DNA of 64,000 nucleotides from Candidatus Nanoarchaeia archaeon (GCA_028706745.1 JAQTVM010000001.1:12399-76398), one strand, 5' to 3'. Shown: positions 30,124 to 39,144, counted from the first letter of the stretch. Numbers and translations are program-made. Notes: generated by a model not told the origin, from the letters alone.

Positions 30124-31051
30124 TCTTCCTGCTTTTTTTGTCCTTTTTCATAAGAAGAACAACCCTTGAGTTTTGCTTTTCATCAATTATTTTTAATCCT
30201 GAAACAGCGCATATCTTTTTTGCAAATTCAATAATCTCATCATGCCTCGGCATCTGCTCATAAGCCATCCTGTACTGCGCATATCCTACAGGCATTGCGG
30301 CTTTTAATTCCACAAACATCGGCTTTGCTTTTGCAATTATCTCGGCATACTGCTCCGGGTTAACCATATTAAGCTTTTTTACAAGCGTCAGCCTTATTGT
30401 ACTCCTCTTGAACTTATGCAGAATAGAAAGCGACTTCTGAAGCCTTTTCCACCCATCCCTTACAAGCGGCTTGCAGGTTCTCATATAAACCTCCTCGTTA
30501 GGAGCAGGCAATGTTATGTAAAGCTGGGTAGGCATGTGCTTCAACAGCTTTTCAAGCATGTCAGGCTTTAATCCGTTTGTAACAAGAAAAGAAGTCATTT
30601 TTCTTTTCTTGATTTCATCAATAAGCCCGGGAAGTTTTGGATATAATGTTCCGTCTCCTGCCAAGGAAATGGCAACATGCTTCGGTGTCATTGCCTCATC
30701 AAAAAGCTTTTTCGGGACATTCTTGTTGCCCTTGAAACCCTGAAGATATTTTTTTTGCTCTGTTATCAGCCCGTCAAGTATAAATGAAGGCTCGTCGGGA
30801 TTCTCTACTTCTTTTGGAATTGTGTATTCCATGCATCTCCAGCAGAATTCGCACCTGTGAAAGCAGTTAAGCAATGTGACAGAAGACTGCACGCACCTGT
30901 GGCTTTGAATGCCGTAAAAGGTGTTTTTATAGCATACATCTTTTCCCTGTATTGCCCTCTTTACCCACAGGCATACTTTTACAGCAGAGTGGTTTCCCAC
31001 CAGCCTGTATCCCTGCTTTTCAAAATCAGCTTTTATTTTAGGGTTGAGCAT
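30113..31051 (-). CDS. taw1: tRNA 4-demethylwyosine synthase Taw1/Tyw1 (radical SAM)
   Basis: CFHRCEFC (CxxxCxxC) plus upstream Cys for the auxiliary cluster; 312 aa, typical archaeal Taw1 size. Confidence 0.6.
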   Translation of the reverse strand: MLNPKIKADFEKQGYRLVGNHSAVKVCLWVKRAIQGKDVCYKNTFYGIQSHRCVQSSVTLLNCFHRCEFCWRCMEYTIPKEVENPDEPSFILDGLITEQKKYLQGFKGNKNVPKKLFDEAMTPKHVAISLAGDGTLYPKLPGLIDEIKKRKMTSFLVTNGLKPDMLEKLLKHMPTQLYITLPAPNEEVYMRTCKPLVRDGWKRLQKSLSILHKFKRSTIRLTLVKKLNMVNPEQYAEIIAKAKPMFVELKAAMPVGYAQYRMAYEQMPRHDEIIEFAKKICAVSGLKIIDEKQNSRVVLLMKKDKKSRKIKL

Positions 31052-31062
31052 TTTTCAAAAAA

Positions 31063-31392
31063 TTAAAATTCCTCGGCAGCCTGCATTTCCTTTACAAGCC
31101 CTTTTCTCTTAAGCCATGCAGTTTGATTCCTTGTGTAAACATAAACAACGTCGCCTTTCTCATTGCCGCCAAGCTCCCACGGCTCAACAAGCACTGTGTC
31201 CCCGTCGCGAACCCATAATCTTTTCTTCAAACGCCCCGGAATCCTGCATATCCTTGTCTTGTTGTCAAAACAGCGGACTCTCATCCTGCTTCCGCCCAAA
31301 CGAGCCTCAAGAATTCCTATTACTTCCCTTCCGCGGGGGAGCTTTACTCTTGAGATTTCATCAGCCGCCTTTTGGGCTGCTTCCTCTGCCAT
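31063..31392 (-). CDS. eif1a: translation initiation factor 1A
   Basis: S1-like OB fold with RVRCFDNKTRICRIPGRLKKRLWVRDGDTVLV; start taken at the internal Met (MAEEAAQ). Confidence 0.8.
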   Translation of the reverse strand: MAEEAAQKAADEISRVKLPRGREVIGILEARLGGSRMRVRCFDNKTRICRIPGRLKKRLWVRDGDTVLVEPWELGGNEKGDVVYVYTRNQTAWLKRKGLVKEMQAAEEF

Positions 31393-31573
31393 TCTGTCTG
31401 CTATGCTCATAAACAGAGAAAGGAGCAAACCGCTTTATAAAGCTTTGCTTAACCACGAGGGAAAATGCAATATAATCATTGCAAAGCAGATATTCCATTA
31501 CATAAATGCTTAAAAAGGGCAGAATACAATATATTGTATATAAATCTTAAAAGGGGTACAAGGGGTTGATAAA

Positions 31574-32041
31574 ATGAAATGCCCGTATTGCGGCTGCAAG
31601 GAAACAAAAGTCACTGACAGCAGGGAAAGCAACGAAGAGCCTGTCACCAGAAGAAGGAGGGAATGCCCTAAATGCAAAAAACGATTCACGACATACGAGC
31701 GCCTTGAAACATCAAATGTCATTGTCGTAAAAAAAGACGGCAGGAGAGAGCAGTTTGACAGGGAAAAGCTCAGGAGAGGCTTGTTAAGGGCGTGCGAAAA
31801 AAGGCCCATCTCATCAGACAAAATAGATTCAGTAATCAGCGATATGGAATCAGACATAACTTCCTCGGGAAAAACAGAGGTTGCAAGCAGATTGCTGGGT
31901 GAAAAAGTAATGTCTGCGCTGAAAAAGCTGGACAAGGTGGCATACATCAGGTTTGCTTCTGTCTACAGGGAATTCACAGACCTTGAAACATTCCAGGAAG
32001 AGCTAAAGACGCTTCTCAAGAAGCAGAGGGGGAAAAGATGA
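31574..32041 (+). CDS. nrdR: transcriptional repressor NrdR (Zn ribbon plus ATP-cone)
   Basis: CPYCGC...CPKC; near-identity to the bacterial NrdR signature (KVAYIRFASVYREF). Confidence 0.85.
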   Translation: MKCPYCGCKETKVTDSRESNEEPVTRRRRECPKCKKRFTTYERLETSNVIVVKKDGRREQFDREKLRRGLLRACEKRPISSDKIDSVISDMESDITSSGKTEVASRLLGEKVMSALKKLDKVAYIRFASVYREFTDLETFQEELKTLLKKQRGKR

Positions 32042-35000
32042 TAACCCGGATTAAAAAAAGAGACGGAAGCATTGTTTTTTTTAACAAGGCAAAGATAAGC
32101 GATGCAATATTCAAGGCGGCAAAGTCAGTAGGGGGAAAAGACAGAAGAAGGGCTGAACATCTTGCCTTAATGTCTGTTGAGCTTCTTGAGCAAAGGGGCT
32201 TTTGCGAAGAAAAGATGCCCAATGTCGAGGATGTGCAGGATGCTGTTGAAAAAACGCTCATAGAAGAGGGGCATGCGCAGACAGCAAAAGCATACATAAT
32301 CTACAGGGAGCAGCACAAGAGAATAAGGGAATTCCATTCCTATGTAAACTCAAACGAAATAATGGACGGCTACCTTAACCAGCTTGACTGGAGGGTAAAG
32401 GAAAACAGCAATATGAGCTTCTCGCTCCAGGGATTAAACAACCATATATCATCCATAGTAAGCTCAAACTACTGGCTTCACAAGATTTACCCGCCTGAAG
32501 TGAGGGAAGCGCACATTGAAGGAGACATACATCTTCACGATTTGCAGATACTCGGCTCCTATTGCTGCGGCTGGGACATAATGGACTTGATGATAAAAGG
32601 ATTTGGCGGAGTTCCTGAAAAAGTCGAGAGCATGCCTGCAAGGCACTACAGGGCAATGCTCGGGCAGATAACAAACTTTTTCTACACTCTTCAGGGGGAA
32701 ACAGCAGGTGCGCAGGCATTTTCAAATTTTAATACAATGCTGGCGCCTTTTGTGAAGTATGACCATCTTGAATACAAGGAAGTAAAGCAGGGAATGCAGG
32801 AATTCTTATTTAACATGAATGTGCCGACAAGAGTAGGTTTTCAATGCCTTTCAGCAGACACAGAAATACTTACGCCCACAGGATGGAAAGGATATGGAGA
32901 TATTAACAAAGGCGAGATCATAGAAACATTTAATCTAAGAACAGGAATAATCGAGCATCAAAAAGTTGCCTCTTTTTTTAGAAAGGAATATACGGGCAAG
33001 ATGTACCGCCTGCAAAATCGCATCCAGGACCAGCTTATTTCTCCAAATCACAGAGTTGTAAGAAAAAAATTTCAGACAGGAGAGAATGTTTTGGAGCCTA
33101 TCGAGGAAATTTTGAAGCTCAAGTCTCCTTTTATTATTCCAATTGCCGGAAAAAATAGCAAGCCGGAAGCAAAAATAGAAGACAAGCAGATAAAATTGAT
33201 GGCATGGATTATAAGCGAAGGCACTATTGAAAGGCCAACAAAGTACAGATGCTGTTACAGGGTGAGTATATACCAGTCAAAGATTAAAAATAAAACCAAT
33301 TACAAAGAAATAAAATCACTTTTGCACTATTTTAAACTTGAATTTTCAGAATATGAAGTCGCCTCTTTGGGAGAGAGCGTAACAAGAATGAGGCTGAACG
33401 CAGAAAGCTCAAAAAAAATACATAAATGGTTTGGAAGCAGGGAAAATATCCATTTTATTCCTGATTATTTATTGAATTTAAGCGAAAGGCAATCGCGCTT
33501 GTTTTTGGATACATACATTAAAGGCGAAGGCTTTGAAGGCTGCAAAATATCTGTTTCCGACATAGCCTTGCTAGACAGGCTGCAGATTATCATTGTCAAT
33601 TCAGGATTTGGCTCGAGCATATTAAAACGAAAGCCGACAATCGGCAAGAAAGATATTTTTGTATTAAGGATTATAAGACATAAAGATACGTATATTTCAA
33701 AAGTAAGCCAAGTAAATTACAAAGGAATTATATGGTGCCCGCATACCAAAAATGAGACAGTAATTGCCAGAAGAAGAGGAAAAGTGTTTATTACAGGCAA
33801 TACGCCTTTTACAAATTTAACTCTGGATATTGAAGTGCCTGAAAATCTGAGAAACAGCCACGCAATAATCGGCGGAAAGCCCATGCCCGAAGTGTACGGC
33901 GATTTCCAGAAAGAGGCTGACATGGTAAACAGGGCTTTCCTGGAAGTTATGTCAGAGGGGGATGCAAAAGGGAGGATATTCACATTCCCAATACCTACTT
34001 ATAACATAACAAAAAACATTGATTGGGAAAACCCTGCCCATGACACATTATTTGAAGTTACGTCAAAATTCGGGCTGCCTTATTTTGCAAACTTTGTAAA
34101 CTCAGAGATGAGCCCTGACGATGCAAGAAGCATGTGCTGCAGGCTTAGGCTTGACAACAGGGAATTAAGAAAAAGAAGCGGCGGATTATTTGCTTCAGCC
34201 CCATTGACAGGAAGCATAGGCGTTGTAACACTTAACATGCCTAGGATAGCGTTTGCAGCAAAAGATGAAACAAAATTTGCAGAGCGCGTGGTTGAGCTTA
34301 TGAGAATAGCAAAAACAAGCCTTGACATAAAAAGAAAGGCGGTTGAAAGATTCACGGAGCAGGGGCTTTATCCCTATGCAAAAAAATACCTCGGCGGGGT
34401 AAAACAGGCAACAGGGCAATATTGGGGAAATCATTTCAACACAATAGGGCTTATAGGAATGAACGAGGCGTGCCTTAATATTCTTGGAGAGAACATTGCT
34501 TCAAACAAGGGCAGGAATTTTGCGCTCAGGATTCTTGACGTAATGCGCGAAGAGCTAAGGCAATACCAGGAAAGCACAAACGACAATTATAACCTCGAAG
34601 CAACCCCTGGAGAAGGATGCAGCTACAGGTTTGCAAAGATGGACAGGGAAAGGTTTCCGCAAATAAAAACAGCAGGAGAGCAAGTGCCTTATTACACAAA
34701 CAGCACCCACCTCCCGGTAGGATATACAGACGACATATTTGAAGCGCTTGACCTGCAGGATGAACTTCAGTGCAAGTACACAGGCGGAACAGTGCTTCAC
34801 GGGTTTGTCGGAGAAAGAATATCAGACCCGGAAACATGCAAGAAACTCGTTAAAAAAATAGCCAGTAATTATAAGCTGCCTTACTTTACAATAACCCCGA
34901 CATTCAGCGTATGCCCTGAGCACGGTTATATTGCAGGCGAGCATTCACAATGCAAGAAAGAGACAGCAGAAGGGGCATGCGGAAAGCAGTGCGAAGTTTT

Positions 35001-35142
35001 TTCAAGGGTAGTCGGCTATTACAGACCTGTCCAAAGCTGGAATAATGGGAAAAGAGAGGAGTTCAGGCAGAGAAAAGCTTACTGCGAAAAGAAAAGCATT
35101 GAAAGCATGGAAAAAAAACAGGGATTCAGGTTTGCGATGTAA
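32038..35142 (+). CDS. nrdD: anaerobic ribonucleoside-triphosphate reductase NrdD, intein-containing
   Basis: ATP-cone at N-terminus. The GFQ/TPFTN active-site region is interrupted by a 319-aa insertion. C-terminal Zn ribbon and glycyl-radical motif RVVGYY are present. Extein about 715 aa. Confidence 0.85.
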   Translation: MITRIKKRDGSIVFFNKAKISDAIFKAAKSVGGKDRRRAEHLALMSVELLEQRGFCEEKMPNVEDVQDAVEKTLIEEGHAQTAKAYIIYREQHKRIREFHSYVNSNEIMDGYLNQLDWRVKENSNMSFSLQGLNNHISSIVSSNYWLHKIYPPEVREAHIEGDIHLHDLQILGSYCCGWDIMDLMIKGFGGVPEKVESMPARHYRAMLGQITNFFYTLQGETAGAQAFSNFNTMLAPFVKYDHLEYKEVKQGMQEFLFNMNVPTRVGFQCLSADTEILTPTGWKGYGDINKGEIIETFNLRTGIIEHQKVASFFRKEYTGKMYRLQNRIQDQLISPNHRVVRKKFQTGENVLEPIEEILKLKSPFIIPIAGKNSKPEAKIEDKQIKLMAWIISEGTIERPTKYRCCYRVSIYQSKIKNKTNYKEIKSLLHYFKLEFSEYEVASLGESVTRMRLNAESSKKIHKWFGSRENIHFIPDYLLNLSERQSRLFLDTYIKGEGFEGCKISVSDIALLDRLQIIIVNSGFGSSILKRKPTIGKKDIFVLRIIRHKDTYISKVSQVNYKGIIWCPHTKNETVIARRRGKVFITGNTPFTNLTLDIEVPENLRNSHAIIGGKPMPEVYGDFQKEADMVNRAFLEVMSEGDAKGRIFTFPIPTYNITKNIDWENPAHDTLFEVTSKFGLPYFANFVNSEMSPDDARSMCCRLRLDNRELRKRSGGLFASAPLTGSIGVVTLNMPRIAFAAKDETKFAERVVELMRIAKTSLDIKRKAVERFTEQGLYPYAKKYLGGVKQATGQYWGNHFNTIGLIGMNEACLNILGENIASNKGRNFALRILDVMREELRQYQESTNDNYNLEATPGEGCSYRFAKMDRERFPQIKTAGEQVPYYTNSTHLPVGYTDDIFEALDLQDELQCKYTGGTVLHGFVGERISDPETCKKLVKKIASNYKLPYFTITPTFSVCPEHGYIAGEHSQCKKETAEGACGKQCEVFSRVVGYYRPVQSWNNGKREEFRQRKAYCEKKSIESMEKKQGFRFAM
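32845..33801 (+). mobile_element. intein (Cys1 ... terminal Asn, +1 Thr) with degenerate LAGLIDADG-like homing-endonuclease region
   Basis: Starts CLSADTEIL (block A) right after GFQ and ends ...VFITGN followed by TPFTNLT; internal LMAWIISEGT and FLDTYIKGEGF blocks. Confidence 0.7.
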
Positions 35143-35143
35143 G

Positions 35144-35836
35144 ATGGAGATTGCAGGATTAAAAAAAACATCTCTCGTGGATTATCCGGGCACCATATCT
35201 GCTGTTATTTTTCTTTCTGGATGCAATTTCAGGTGCGGATTCTGCCATAATCCGTCCGTTGTTTTTGGAAAGTCAGCAAAGATAGATGAAAAAGAGGTAA
35301 TGGATTTCCTTGAAAGGAGAAAAAGAGTTCTAGAAGGCGTATGCGTAACAGGAGGTGAGCCGACTATTCACGATAACCTTCCTATGCTTTTAAAAAAAAT
35401 AAAATCAATGGGCTTTTTGGCAAAGCTTGACACAAACGGCACAAATCCTGAAATGCTGAAAAAGATTATAGAAGAAAATATTGTGGATTATGTGGCAATG
35501 GACATAAAGGCGCCGCTTGAGACATATTCTTTTGCTGCAAATGCAGATGTTAATATCAAAAAAATAAAAGAGAGCATGCGGATTCTAATGGAATCAAAAA
35601 TAAAATATGAGTTTCGCATGACTTTACTGCCTAAGTTTGTCAGCATTGAAAGCTTTAAAGAAATATGCGAAATGCTCAAAGGGGCAAAACGATTCTATAT
35701 CCAGCAGTTTGAAAAAGGAAGCGAGATGATTGACTGCGCATTTAAGTCGGAAAAAGCATACACTAAAGAAGAGCTGAATGAGTTTCTTAATGTTGCAAAA
35801 GAATATTTTGAAGAATGCGGCATACGGAACGCTTAA
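35144..35836 (+). CDS. nrdG: anaerobic RNR activating enzyme NrdG (radical SAM)
   Basis: CNFRCGFCHN; the ATG at 35144 immediately follows the nrdD stop. Confidence 0.75.
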   Translation: MEIAGLKKTSLVDYPGTISAVIFLSGCNFRCGFCHNPSVVFGKSAKIDEKEVMDFLERRKRVLEGVCVTGGEPTIHDNLPMLLKKIKSMGFLAKLDTNGTNPEMLKKIIEENIVDYVAMDIKAPLETYSFAANADVNIKKIKESMRILMESKIKYEFRMTLLPKFVSIESFKEICEMLKGAKRFYIQQFEKGSEMIDCAFKSEKAYTKEELNEFLNVAKEYFEECGIRNA

Positions 35837-36204
35837 TCTTCCTGCTCTTCAGAGTCTTCGCTTTCCTCTTCAGAAGGTTCTTTTGGATTAAGCCTGAACA
35901 TTATTGTACCCCGGTAAATCTGCTTGCCCGTCATCCTGTCCATTGTATGAAGAGTTCTTGTAATCTTAAGCTCGCCCTTGAAAGCATGCTTCAGCTTTTT
36001 ACCTATTGCCCTTGCATAGCTCTGGGAAGACATGTAAATGTCAATTCCATAGTCGAATTCCTTTATTTTTGAAATTGAAACATTCGGCCTTTCTTTTATC
36101 CTGTTCATTACAAAACTGACAACTTCCTCATCTGCAGGCCTGAGCTGGATTACTGCCTCATAATATTCAGCATGCCTCTGTATAACCTGATTTGGCTTGT
36201 TCAT
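35833..36204 (-). CDS. conserved hypothetical protein with acidic C-terminal tail
   Basis: 123-aa ORF; no confident family assignment. Confidence 0.3.
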   Translation of the reverse strand: MNKPNQVIQRHAEYYEAVIQLRPADEEVVSFVMNRIKERPNVSISKIKEFDYGIDIYMSSQSYARAIGKKLKHAFKGELKITRTLHTMDRMTGKQIYRGTIMFRLNPKEPSEEESEDSEEQED

Positions 36205-36207
36205 TAT

Positions 36208-36498
36208 TCACACCGCAAATATGCATGCCACAGGCACTTTTCCTATCTTCTTTACGCAATTCTTGTCCACGAATCCGCGCTTGACTGCAAACTCAACCGC
36301 ATTTTTTCCGACAATTGTTGCATTGCCTGTCGCCTCGAGTATTTCAGCAACAAAATCCTCGCTTCTTGCCTCGCCCTTGAAAAACCGCTCGATAATTTCA
36401 ATTTTTTCTGTTTTTGTCTCGAAAGTTTTCCCTATTAGGTTTTCATCGCAGAGAGAAACAATGCCTTTCGGATGTATTTTGATAAGTATTCTAACCAT
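36208..36498 (-). CDS. small conserved archaeal protein (DUF424-like)
   Basis: 96 aa; the pattern and the aIF2-beta neighbourhood resemble DUF424. Confidence 0.35.
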   Translation of the reverse strand: MVRILIKIHPKGIVSLCDENLIGKTFETKTEKIEIIERFFKGEARSEDFVAEILEATGNATIVGKNAVEFAVKRGFVDKNCVKKIGKVPVACIFAV

Positions 36499-36519
36499 TT
36501 GCCACCAACTATAACCTGC

Positions 36520-36945
36520 CTAAGCTATCTTTGCCTTGACAGGGTGCTTTGCGCCGCAGGCAGAGCAGTGCATGAAAAGCACATTGCCTTCCTTCTTCAG
36601 CTGGGTGTCAGGCCTGTTGCATTCTGTGCAAAGCACGAAATCCTTTGCAAACTGCTCTACCTTTGAATTAATCAGCATTGAAGTCAGCTTTCTTCCAAGA
36701 ATAAGCCTTGCTCCGTCAATCGCGGCAGGTGTTGCAAGCTCTCTCTGGAGGTATTTCAAAACCTGCGCCGGCTCTCTCCTGAATATGCTGCAGATGTCTA
36801 TGAAGTTTGCGATTATTGTCTTGTTGCCCTCAACATGCCCTCTTACCTTGGGTATCTCAAACCTTTCTGATTTAAGATGCACGTCAGGCAAAAGCTCCTT
36901 TGCCCTCTTGAGCAATGCGCGGTAATCAAAGATGTTTTCAGCCAT
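36520..36945 (-). CDS. eif2b: translation initiation factor 2 beta subunit
   Basis: KTIIANF...ELAT...C-TEC-...CSACGA zinc ribbon; 141 aa. Confidence 0.85.
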   Translation of the reverse strand: MAENIFDYRALLKRAKELLPDVHLKSERFEIPKVRGHVEGNKTIIANFIDICSIFRREPAQVLKYLQRELATPAAIDGARLILGRKLTSMLINSKVEQFAKDFVLCTECNRPDTQLKKEGNVLFMHCSACGAKHPVKAKIA

Positions 36946-36968
36946 AAATAAGACGAAAATAAGGTGAT

Positions 36969-36992
36969 TTATAATACTTTGCCTTAAAGCGC
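36969..36992. repeat. 24-bp direct repeat TTATAATACTTTGCCTTAAAGCGC (copy 1)
   Basis: Identical to 38480..38503. Contains a TATA-like TTTATAATA/TTTAAGG on the minus strand about 25 bp upstream of the aIF2-beta ATG, and overlaps the HEPN stop codon. Confidence 0.9.
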
Positions 36993-37454
36993 ATTTAGCT
37001 TCATTAGTATCTCCTCTTTGAGCTTATTGAAATAAAGCCTGAATTGCAGCTCAATTTTTTTCCAATCATCAAAGTTGACAGGTGTACCATAATAATGGAT
37101 TCCATTCCTTTTGGTCCTCACTATTTCAAAGAAATCCCAATCAAAATCCAATTCAGGATGTATTTCACATAAATAAGCAAAAAGGCACTGGTGGTTATCA
37201 ATTTTAATCCTGTCAAAACGCAGAAAAGATTCAGCCATTTCATGCAGTGCATCATAATAAAGCTTGTATACGCTGTTCCATTCGATGCTGTCTTTAGGAA
37301 TATCTGCAATAAGGCGGTTGGCTGAACTTATGTCGCCTTCTGCAATATCCAATGTTGACTTTATCTTATGAATATCAACGAACTCAACAGCTAAGAATTT
37401 GCCTTCCTTTTTGCATCTGCAAAATGCATCTTTTAGCACAAGATATTCAGGCAT
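36984..37454 (-). CDS. HEPN domain protein (toxin-antitoxin component)
   Basis: R-x4-6-H motif RTKRNGIHY; 8-nt overlap with the upstream MNT gene. Confidence 0.6.
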   Translation of the reverse strand: MPEYLVLKDAFCRCKKEGKFLAVEFVDIHKIKSTLDIAEGDISSANRLIADIPKDSIEWNSVYKLYYDALHEMAESFLRFDRIKIDNHQCLFAYLCEIHPELDFDWDFFEIVRTKRNGIHYYGTPVNFDDWKKIELQFRLYFNKLKEEILMKLNAL

Positions 37455-38073
37455 TTATACTAGCCCTCACAAAATTCATGTCTCCTTTGATAAGATTGCC
37501 TTTTATTATGTTGCTTAATAGCCCTTCGCCAAATTTTTTAAGCTCGCCCTTGTCCTTGCAATTAAATATTTCAATATCCCTGTGAAGCTTTTGCTCAAAA
37601 CCGGCCATTTTCAGCCCGGAATAATCGCCATAAATAAAAATGTCAATATCACTCTTCTCATACCAGTCCGAGCGGGAAAAGCTGCCAAAAAGCACTACTG
37701 TGTCTGCCGCAGGCAAAGAAGCGAGATGGTTCAAAAGCCCTGAATTGTAAAGCTCGTTTAGCGCAAACAGCTTTTTTCTGTTCTTGTATGCCGCTGACTC
37801 GTAATTACCTATATAAAAAGGCATTTTTCCATTTTCCTTTGCCTTCTTTATAATGCCTTGCTTCAAAAATACCTTAAGCCAGCCCGCAGCCTTGCTTCTG
37901 GTAATTTTTGCCTGCTTGAGTATCTCCTCAAAATGCCATTCCCTTGTAGGATTATTGAAAAAGAGCCCAAGCACATTGTCTTCCTTGCTTTTCATAATAG
38001 TTTCTATAATGGGAACTAATTTATAAGCTTTGCTCTTGATGTCCATAAACCACAGTAAAAAGAGATTGTTCAT
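37447..38073 (-). CDS. wHTH plus minimal nucleotidyltransferase (MNT) protein
   Basis: GSFSRSD...DIDIFIY (GS-x9-13-DxD NTase motif); N-terminal winged helix. Confidence 0.65.
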   Translation of the reverse strand: MNNLFLLWFMDIKSKAYKLVPIIETIMKSKEDNVLGLFFNNPTREWHFEEILKQAKITRSKAAGWLKVFLKQGIIKKAKENGKMPFYIGNYESAAYKNRKKLFALNELYNSGLLNHLASLPAADTVVLFGSFSRSDWYEKSDIDIFIYGDYSGLKMAGFEQKLHRDIEIFNCKDKGELKKFGEGLLSNIIKGNLIKGDMNFVRASINA

Positions 38074-38091
38074 AAACTCTTCGGCTCAAAT

Positions 38092-38228
38092 TCCGCAATA
38101 TTTCCGGCAAACCTTGGAAAACCAAAGGAGGCAGCAGGAAAAATAGAGCCAAAATCACGCAAAAACCAATAAATTTCCAACATCTCCGAAAGGGTATTTT
38201 TACCTCTCGTCGTCAAAGCTGGCTTTGC
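38092..38228. repeat. ~140-bp noncoding element, copy 1 (about 70-75% identical to 46470..46620)
   Basis: Shared blocks ATTCCGCA..ATTTCCGGCAA.CCTTGGAAAACC, CCGAAAG and CTCGTCAAAGCTGGCT. Confidence 0.7.
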
Positions 38229-38456
38229 TTATTCATGCTCTTTTGGAACGCGAATGCGCAATGGCTTGTATGGCGGCTGTGATAATTCAAGCCCGGGCAA
38301 GCAATAATTATTCCTGCCCGTGGGGTCTTCCTTAACTGCCTTTCTCCAATATTTTACCGCCTTTCTGAATATTTCTTTTTTTTCTTTATCATCATTAAAC
38401 CCTAAAAGAATATCTTTCGCAAATTCTATCTCATATTCCAAGCTTTTGCCAGCCAT
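38229..38456 (-). CDS. hypothetical small protein
   Basis: ORF 38229..38477 uses a TTG start; first ATG gives MAGKSLEY...; no family recognised. Confidence 0.25.
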   Translation of the reverse strand: MAGKSLEYEIEFAKDILLGFNDDKEKKEIFRKAVKYWRKAVKEDPTGRNNYCLPGLELSQPPYKPLRIRVPKEHE

Positions 38457-38479
38457 AACAATCAAAATATCATTCAAAA

Positions 38480-38503
38480 TTATAATACTTTGCCTTAAAG
38501 CGC
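38480..38503. repeat. 24-bp direct repeat TTATAATACTTTGCCTTAAAGCGC (copy 2)
   Basis: Perfect copy; immediately upstream (minus-strand sense) of the small ORF ending at 38477. Confidence 0.9.
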
Positions 38504-39127
38504 CTGCACAAATCCGGCCTTCGGCTTGAAAACTTCCCCGTCCTTAATCAACTCATCAAGAATCCTCTCAACCATCTTTGCAGGCATTGCCGCTTTTGCA
38601 ATAAGCTCTTCAACATTAACCATTCCGTCATAAGAAGAAATCAGGGAAACAACCCTTCCTCTCGCCTCCATCGAAGGCTCAACAGGCTCTTCAATCACTT
38701 CCTCGCTTACCTTGAAGTGCTCAGCTTCCTGTTTTCCATAGACAGCATCAAGATATTGCCTTCTTGCAAATGCCCATTCAGCAGACATTTTTCTGACAAT
38801 TTCAGGGCGCACGAATATCTCGCCGTTTGACTCGTGAAGCATTCCAACAACAAGAGCCATATCGCCAATTGAAAGAGATGACATAAGTAAAGTGTCCTCG
38901 TCCCACGCCTTTACCCTTATCTGCCCTGAGCCGTCATCAAGAGTAAAGGCATTATACCTCTTGTCAGAATTTTCATAAGAATCAACAACAGCCGCAATCA
39001 AATTAACCCTTCTAACCTGCTTTCCGCCAACATTAAACACCTTGAATCCTGATTCATTAAGCAAAGGAGAAGCAGAAGCCAAATCCTTTATCCAGAAAAT
39101 GTAAGCAGTATTCCTCTTAATGTCCAT
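38495..39127 (-). CDS. OB-fold plus C-terminal winged-helix protein, RPA32/Stn1-like
   Basis: VRRVNLIAAVVD...TLDDGSGQIRVKAW...GDMALVVGML OB pattern; C-terminal wH; directly downstream of mcm. Confidence 0.45.
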   Translation of the reverse strand: MDIKRNTAYIFWIKDLASASPLLNESGFKVFNVGGKQVRRVNLIAAVVDSYENSDKRYNAFTLDDGSGQIRVKAWDEDTLLMSSLSIGDMALVVGMLHESNGEIFVRPEIVRKMSAEWAFARRQYLDAVYGKQEAEHFKVSEEVIEEPVEPSMEARGRVVSLISSYDGMVNVEELIAKAAMPAKMVERILDELIKDGEVFKPKAGFVQAL

Positions 39128-39144
39128 TGTATCTCCTTAATAAC

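Noticed and set aside
36969-36992. The 24-bp direct repeat as another copy of the integron-like core site
   Set aside because: The sequence (TTATAATACTTTGCCTTAAAGCGC) is not palindromic and lacks GTTAGGC/GCCTAAC. It is treated as a separate duplication or insertion signature.
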